The position numbers and the translations under genes are program-made. The notes under the pieces are model-generated. The model did no database searches. It was not told the origin of the DNA and worked only from the letters and a program-made list of their open reading frames with translations. Positions 21,682 to 25,891 of a stretch of DNA of 25,891 bases are shown piece after piece (the stretch's first letter is position 1; each line of letters opens with the position of its first letter). The stretch is from an uncultured Gammaproteobacteria bacterium (GTDB taxonomy: Bacteria; Patescibacteriota; Microgenomatia; UBA12405): positions 1-25,891 of the forward strand of contig CAYTYZ010000015.1 in the NCBI GenBank assembly GCA_964442385.1, in the 5' to 3' direction.

Positions 21682-24360
21682 ATGTCTACCGATAAAATTA
21701 TTGTCAAAGGTGCTCGTGAACACAACCTTAAGGATGTATCCTTTGAGTTTCCCAAAGACAGCATGGTGGTTTTTACTGGCGTCTCAGGCTCGGGCAAGTC
21801 TTCTATGGCTTTTGACACACTGTTTGCCGAAGGTCAGCGCAGGTATGTTGAAAGCCTATCTAGCTATGCCAGACAATTTTTAGGCAACATGAAACGACCG
21901 GATGTAGATTCCATTTCTGGTCTTTCTCCGGCCATTGCCATCAACCAAAAAGCTATTTCTCATAATCCGCGTTCAACAGTTGGTACGGTTACTGAAATTT
22001 ACGATTACTTACGTCTTCTTTATGCTCGTATCGGCCATCCTCATTGTCCCAACTGTGGTCGCGAAGTTAGCTCTCAAACTAGCAAGCAGATGGTCCGAAG
22101 GATTATTGAAATTGCTAAAATCTTTTTACAAACCAATCCTCAATATCGTATTTTTATCCTCTCTCCAGTGATTCAAAATAAAAAAGGTGACTTCCATCAG
22201 CTTTTTAGTAATCTCAAGTCCCAGGGTTATAAATATGCACGTGTTGATGGACATATTTTAAATTTAACTTCTGATATTGGCCTGGCTCGCACCAACAAAC
22301 ACACTATTGAAGCCATTACTGATCGTCTAAGTATTACCAAGGACAGCTTAAAGACTGAAAAGGAACTAGAGTCTCGCTTAACTGATTCAATCGAGCAAGC
22401 TTTAAAATTATCTAATGGTCTAACTATTGTAAGTGAAATTCTAGATCCTGGTTTTGCTCTACCCGAAGAACCCAAGGAAATGAATGACCATCTCTTTTCT
22501 GAAAACTATGCTTGTCCTTTTTGCAATTTGTCTCTACCCAAAATAGAACCCCGACTTTTTTCTTTTAATTCACCCGAAGGGGCTTGTCCCGACTGTAAAG
22601 GCATCGGGGCTATTTTTCAAGTTGACAGGAGCAAGGTACCAGAATGGAAGGCCAGATATCTGGAATCCAAGTATGTCTCAACCGAATCAGACGGAGTCAG
22701 AAATGAAATAGAGGAGGTTATGATCAAATCTCCCTGTGCTACTTGTAAAGGAGCCAGGTTAAATCCTGATGCCCTATCTGTTACTATATTTGACAAAAAT
22801 ATAAACCAGACCACCAAGCTTTCTGTGGAAAAACTTTGGGATTTTTTACAATACATGGAAGAGCATTTGGAAAGTAACAAGGATACCGAAGTGGTCAAGC
22901 CTATCCGCAAAGAGCTTGATGCTAGAGTGGAGTTCCTGCTGGCCGTAGGACTGGATTATATGACCCTGGACCGAGAGGCTGGCACACTAAGTAGTGGTGA
23001 GTCCCAGCGTATTCGTCTGGCCTCCCAAATCGGCACAGGACTAACCGGAGTACTATATATCCTCGATGAGCCCACTATTGGTCTTCATCCTAGAGATAAT
23101 GACAGATTAATTGCTACCCTAAAAAAGCTTAAATCCCTTGGTAATACCTTGGTGGTCGTAGAACACGACGAAGATGTAATCAAGTCCTCCGATTATATAG
23201 TTGATTTCGGCCCATTTGCAGGCAAGGCTGGTGGAGAAATTGTTGCTCAGGGAAAAATTGACGAAATAAAACAAAACAAGGACTCCTTGACTGGAAAATA
23301 CCTTTCGGGGGAATTAGAAGTAGTGCATTTGGTACCTCAAACTAGACACGAAAATCTGAATAAACTTGTGGTTAAAAATTGTCACAAGTTTAATTTAAAA
23401 AATATCGATTTAGAAATTCCACTAAATAAACTGGTGGTTATTACTGGAGTATCCGGCTCAGGCAAATCTACTTTGGTGCATGATTGTCTCTACGAAGGGG
23501 TGTTGCACAAACTCCATGGTAGTATCAAAGATCAAGTTGATGGTATAGGGGAGCTAACTGGCTATCAACATTTTACCGACATACTATTGGTAGACCAGTC
23601 ACCAGTAGGACGCACCAGTCGTTCTAATCCAGCTACTTACACCAAGGTTTTTGACGAAATCAGACTTTTAATGTCCCACACAGTCGAATCTCAAATCCGT
23701 GGGTATGGGCAATCTAGATTTAGTTTCAATGTCAAAGGCGGTCGTTGCGAGGCTTGTGAAGGCCAGGGGCAAATCAAAATTGAAATGCAGTTTTTGCCAG
23801 ATGTTTACGTAACTTGTGAGGAGTGTAAAGGCACTAGATTCAAAGACGATACTCTGGAAGTCTATTACAAAAACAAAAATATTGCCCAAATTCTGGATAT
23901 GTCTATTGATGAAGCTGTTGAGTTTTTTAAGAACATCAATAGTATTCGACACCGACTAGAAACTTTACAGCGTGTAGGACTTGGTTATCTTTCTCTGGGC
24001 CAATCCTCTAATACTTTGTCGGGTGGCGAATCCCAACGTCTTAAAATTAGTAGGGAACTAGTCAAACGTGGCCGAGGTACAACTTTATATATATTAGACG
24101 AACCCACTACGGGATTGCATTTTCATGACGTAGATAGGCTGGTAAAAGTTCTTCGCGAACTAGTCGAAAAAGGCAACACCGTGGTAGTTATCGAGCACAA
24201 TCTGGATGTCATAAAAAATGCCGAATATATTATTGATCTTGGTCCTGAAGGTGGAGAAAAAGGCGGCCAAATCATGGCCCAAGGCAGTATAAAAAATATC
24301 ATGGCAGAGCCCAAAAGTTACACCGGGCAATATCTCAAAAGGGTATTAAAAAAGATTTAG
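21682..24360 (+). CDS. uvrA: excinuclease ABC subunit A
   Basis: 892 aa. Two ABC ATPase modules (Walker A GVSGSGKSS and GVSGSGKST; signature LSGGESQR twice), Zn-finger Cys pairs (CPNCGR, CPFC...CPDCKG, CEAC...CEEC). Somewhat shorter than typical UvrA (~940 aa). Confidence 0.95.
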   Translation: MSTDKIIVKGAREHNLKDVSFEFPKDSMVVFTGVSGSGKSSMAFDTLFAEGQRRYVESLSSYARQFLGNMKRPDVDSISGLSPAIAINQKAISHNPRSTVGTVTEIYDYLRLLYARIGHPHCPNCGREVSSQTSKQMVRRIIEIAKIFLQTNPQYRIFILSPVIQNKKGDFHQLFSNLKSQGYKYARVDGHILNLTSDIGLARTNKHTIEAITDRLSITKDSLKTEKELESRLTDSIEQALKLSNGLTIVSEILDPGFALPEEPKEMNDHLFSENYACPFCNLSLPKIEPRLFSFNSPEGACPDCKGIGAIFQVDRSKVPEWKARYLESKYVSTESDGVRNEIEEVMIKSPCATCKGARLNPDALSVTIFDKNINQTTKLSVEKLWDFLQYMEEHLESNKDTEVVKPIRKELDARVEFLLAVGLDYMTLDREAGTLSSGESQRIRLASQIGTGLTGVLYILDEPTIGLHPRDNDRLIATLKKLKSLGNTLVVVEHDEDVIKSSDYIVDFGPFAGKAGGEIVAQGKIDEIKQNKDSLTGKYLSGELEVVHLVPQTRHENLNKLVVKNCHKFNLKNIDLEIPLNKLVVITGVSGSGKSTLVHDCLYEGVLHKLHGSIKDQVDGIGELTGYQHFTDILLVDQSPVGRTSRSNPATYTKVFDEIRLLMSHTVESQIRGYGQSRFSFNVKGGRCEACEGQGQIKIEMQFLPDVYVTCEECKGTRFKDDTLEVYYKNKNIAQILDMSIDEAVEFFKNINSIRHRLETLQRVGLGYLSLGQSSNTLSGGESQRLKISRELVKRGRGTTLYILDEPTTGLHFHDVDRLVKVLRELVEKGNTVVVIEHNLDVIKNAEYIIDLGPEGGEKGGQIMAQGSIKNIMAEPKSYTGQYLKRVLKKI

Positions 24361-24798
24361 AAGCCTACAAGCTCCTGCTGGTTCTATTACATTTCTTCCC
24401 GTAATTTGTCCATTTTCTCTGTAACACAGGTGACACTTTATAGCGATAGTTGGACTTCCCATAATCTCTGTCATAACTAGTTTTTCTTTATCAATGTCAA
24501 ATACTTTCCTGGCACAAAGTAAGAGTCGTGCATTTAGTGCATTTGATTCAACCCAAAGCTCCTTAAATCCAGGCAGAATTAAACCTGTTCTTCTAGTGCT
24601 TTGGTCTAACACAGCGTTCCACCCTCTCGCACTAATTAATTGACAAAATTTTCTATTATCAGCGCCTGAGTCTCTATAAAGTAGGTCAAATGACATAACT
24701 ACTGCTCCTCTTAGGTCATCTCTGTTGCCTCCACTGGTATCAATAATATCTCTAACAGCTTGATATACTTCATCGTAATGTTCTCTTTTGATGGCCAT
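24346..24798 (-). CDS. hypothetical protein (~150 aa) inserted between uvrA and uvrC
   Basis: The track ORF runs to 24843; ATG at 24798 gives MAIKREHYDEVYQAV.... Its 3' end overlaps the uvrA 3' end by 15 nt, and its start is 26 bp from the divergent uvrC start. No family recognised. Confidence 0.45.
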   Translation of the reverse strand: MAIKREHYDEVYQAVRDIIDTSGGNRDDLRGAVVMSFDLLYRDSGADNRKFCQLISARGWNAVLDQSTRRTGLILPGFKELWVESNALNARLLLCARKVFDIDKEKLVMTEIMGSPTIAIKCHLCYRENGQITGRNVIEPAGACRLLNLF

Positions 24799-24824
24799 AT
24801 TTATATAATGTACTATTATATCAC

Positions 24825-25891
24825 ATGATAATTCCAAGCCCAAAAGTTTTAGCTCAACTAAAAAAACTACCAGGCGTTCCTGGTGTATACATCTACAAAA
24901 ATGATCAGAATGAAATTATTTATGTAGGCAAAGCCATTAACCTAAAAAAAAGAGTCAGCCAATATTTCCAAAGAGACGATGCCCTGGGACCCAAAACTGC
25001 CACCTTAGTTTCTCAGATTGCCAATATAGATTACAAAGAAGTCAACTCGGAGTTGCAAGCTTTACTTTTAGAAGCCAGCCTAATTAAAAAACACCTTCCC
25101 AAATATAATTCTCAGCTTAGGGACGACAAAAGCTATATTTATCTATGCATAACAAACGAGCCAGTTCCCAGAATTTTCTCCACTCACAAAAACAAACTGA
25201 ATGATAAAGACGACTTTTATGGTCCCTTCCCAGATGGTTCCAGCCTACGCTCGCTGTTAAAAATAGTCCGAAAAATCTTTCCTTACCGCTCTTGCCGTAC
25301 TTTACCAAAAAAAGCCTGCATATATTACGATCTTGGCTTGTGTACTGCTCCTTGCTTAGATAATACTGATTATAACCAAATTATAGGGAAAATTCGTAAA
25401 TTTCTAAATGGAAATATTACCAGCTTGTTAACCCAAACCCAAAAGGATATCAAAGAACTGACCAAATCGGAACGCTTTGAAGAAGCTCTGGTCCTACGTA
25501 GTCAACTAGAAAGTCTAACTTATATCACTACCAGCTGGCGCCATGCCCAGGACCTGGGCAAAGATCATAACTTACAAGATGACCAAGTAAGCAAAGCTTT
25601 GGACCAGCTCACTACTGTTTTAAGCCCTTATTTCCCCAATCTTAATCTTCGCAAAATAGAATGTTACGATATTTCCAACTTTGGAAATAATTATTTTGTT
25701 GGCGCCATGACAGTTTTTTCTGGTGGTCAAATCGACAAATCTCAATATCGTAAGTTTAAAATTAAATCAAAAGCCAACCAAGACGATATGTTTATGATCA
25801 AAGAAATAGTTTACCGAAGGCTTGCTCACCCCGAATGGGACTTGCCAGATCTAATTATTTTAGATGGTGGCAAGCCCCAACTTTCAGTAAC
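24825..25891 (+). CDS. uvrC: excinuclease ABC subunit C (5' part; runs off the window end)
   Basis: ATG 24825: MIIPSPKVLAQLKKLPGVPGVYIYKNDQNEIIYVGKAINLKKRVSQYF (GIY-YIG nuclease motif), followed by the UvrB-interacting/UVR region. No stop before the window end, so it is absent from the ORF track. Confidence 0.9.
   Translation, partial: MIIPSPKVLAQLKKLPGVPGVYIYKNDQNEIIYVGKAINLKKRVSQYFQRDDALGPKTATLVSQIANIDYKEVNSELQALLLEASLIKKHLPKYNSQLRDDKSYIYLCITNEPVPRIFSTHKNKLNDKDDFYGPFPDGSSLRSLLKIVRKIFPYRSCRTLPKKACIYYDLGLCTAPCLDNTDYNQIIGKIRKFLNGNITSLLTQTQKDIKELTKSERFEEALVLRSQLESLTYITTSWRHAQDLGKDHNLQDDQVSKALDQLTTVLSPYFPNLNLRKIECYDISNFGNNYFVGAMTVFSGGQIDKSQYRKFKIKSKANQDDMFMIKEIVYRRLAHPEWDLPDLIILDGGKPQLSV

Noticed and set aside
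1-25891. CRISPR arrays, integrase/transposase genes, rRNA genes.
   Set aside because: No regularly spaced short direct repeats were seen. Only the two 112-bp repeats are present, and they are 2.65 kb apart. No ORF shows recombinase or transposase motifs, and there is no rRNA-like sequence.

Overview
Low-GC, gene-dense bacterial window with short intergenic regions, many small hydrophobic proteins and frequent overlapping or coupled start/stop codons. The style resembles a reduced-genome (CPR/Patescibacteria-like) organism, but that is an impression from gene content, not a computed result.

Recognisable housekeeping genes are argS (minus), dprA, a yraN-family nuclease and comM/yifB (all minus), and all three excinuclease genes: uvrB (16808-18808), uvrA (21682-24360) and the 5' part of uvrC (24825 to the window end). 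A tRNA-Glu(CUC) lies on the minus strand at about 10006-10077.

The rest is hypothetical or membrane proteins, two adjacent alpha/beta-hydrolase-like genes, a lipoprotein, and a large SPFH/flotillin-like protein.

Most notable:
(1) Two ~112-bp, ~90% identical direct repeats (6607-6719 and 9375-9486) with ~15-bp terminal inverted repeats and an internal hairpin plus T-run (MITE/Correia-like). They bracket a visibly GC-richer segment carrying the flotillin-like gene and a small membrane protein, next to the tRNA-Glu.
(2) Two tandem diverged paralogs of a small HExxH (HExxHxxxH/D) metallopeptidase-like protein, followed by a degenerate XRE-type HTH reading frame with an in-frame TAG. This sits immediately divergent from uvrA, whose upstream region carries perfect palindromes ATTGTATACAAT and ATTGTACAAT. 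It may be an ImmA/ImmR- or IrrE/DdrO-like damage-response module; this is speculative.
(3) The flotillin-like protein has three to four internal repeats of the N-terminal SPFH entry segment.
(4) A stand-alone tRNA-binding-domain protein is translationally coupled (TAATG) to argS.

No CRISPR array, integrase or transposase was seen.
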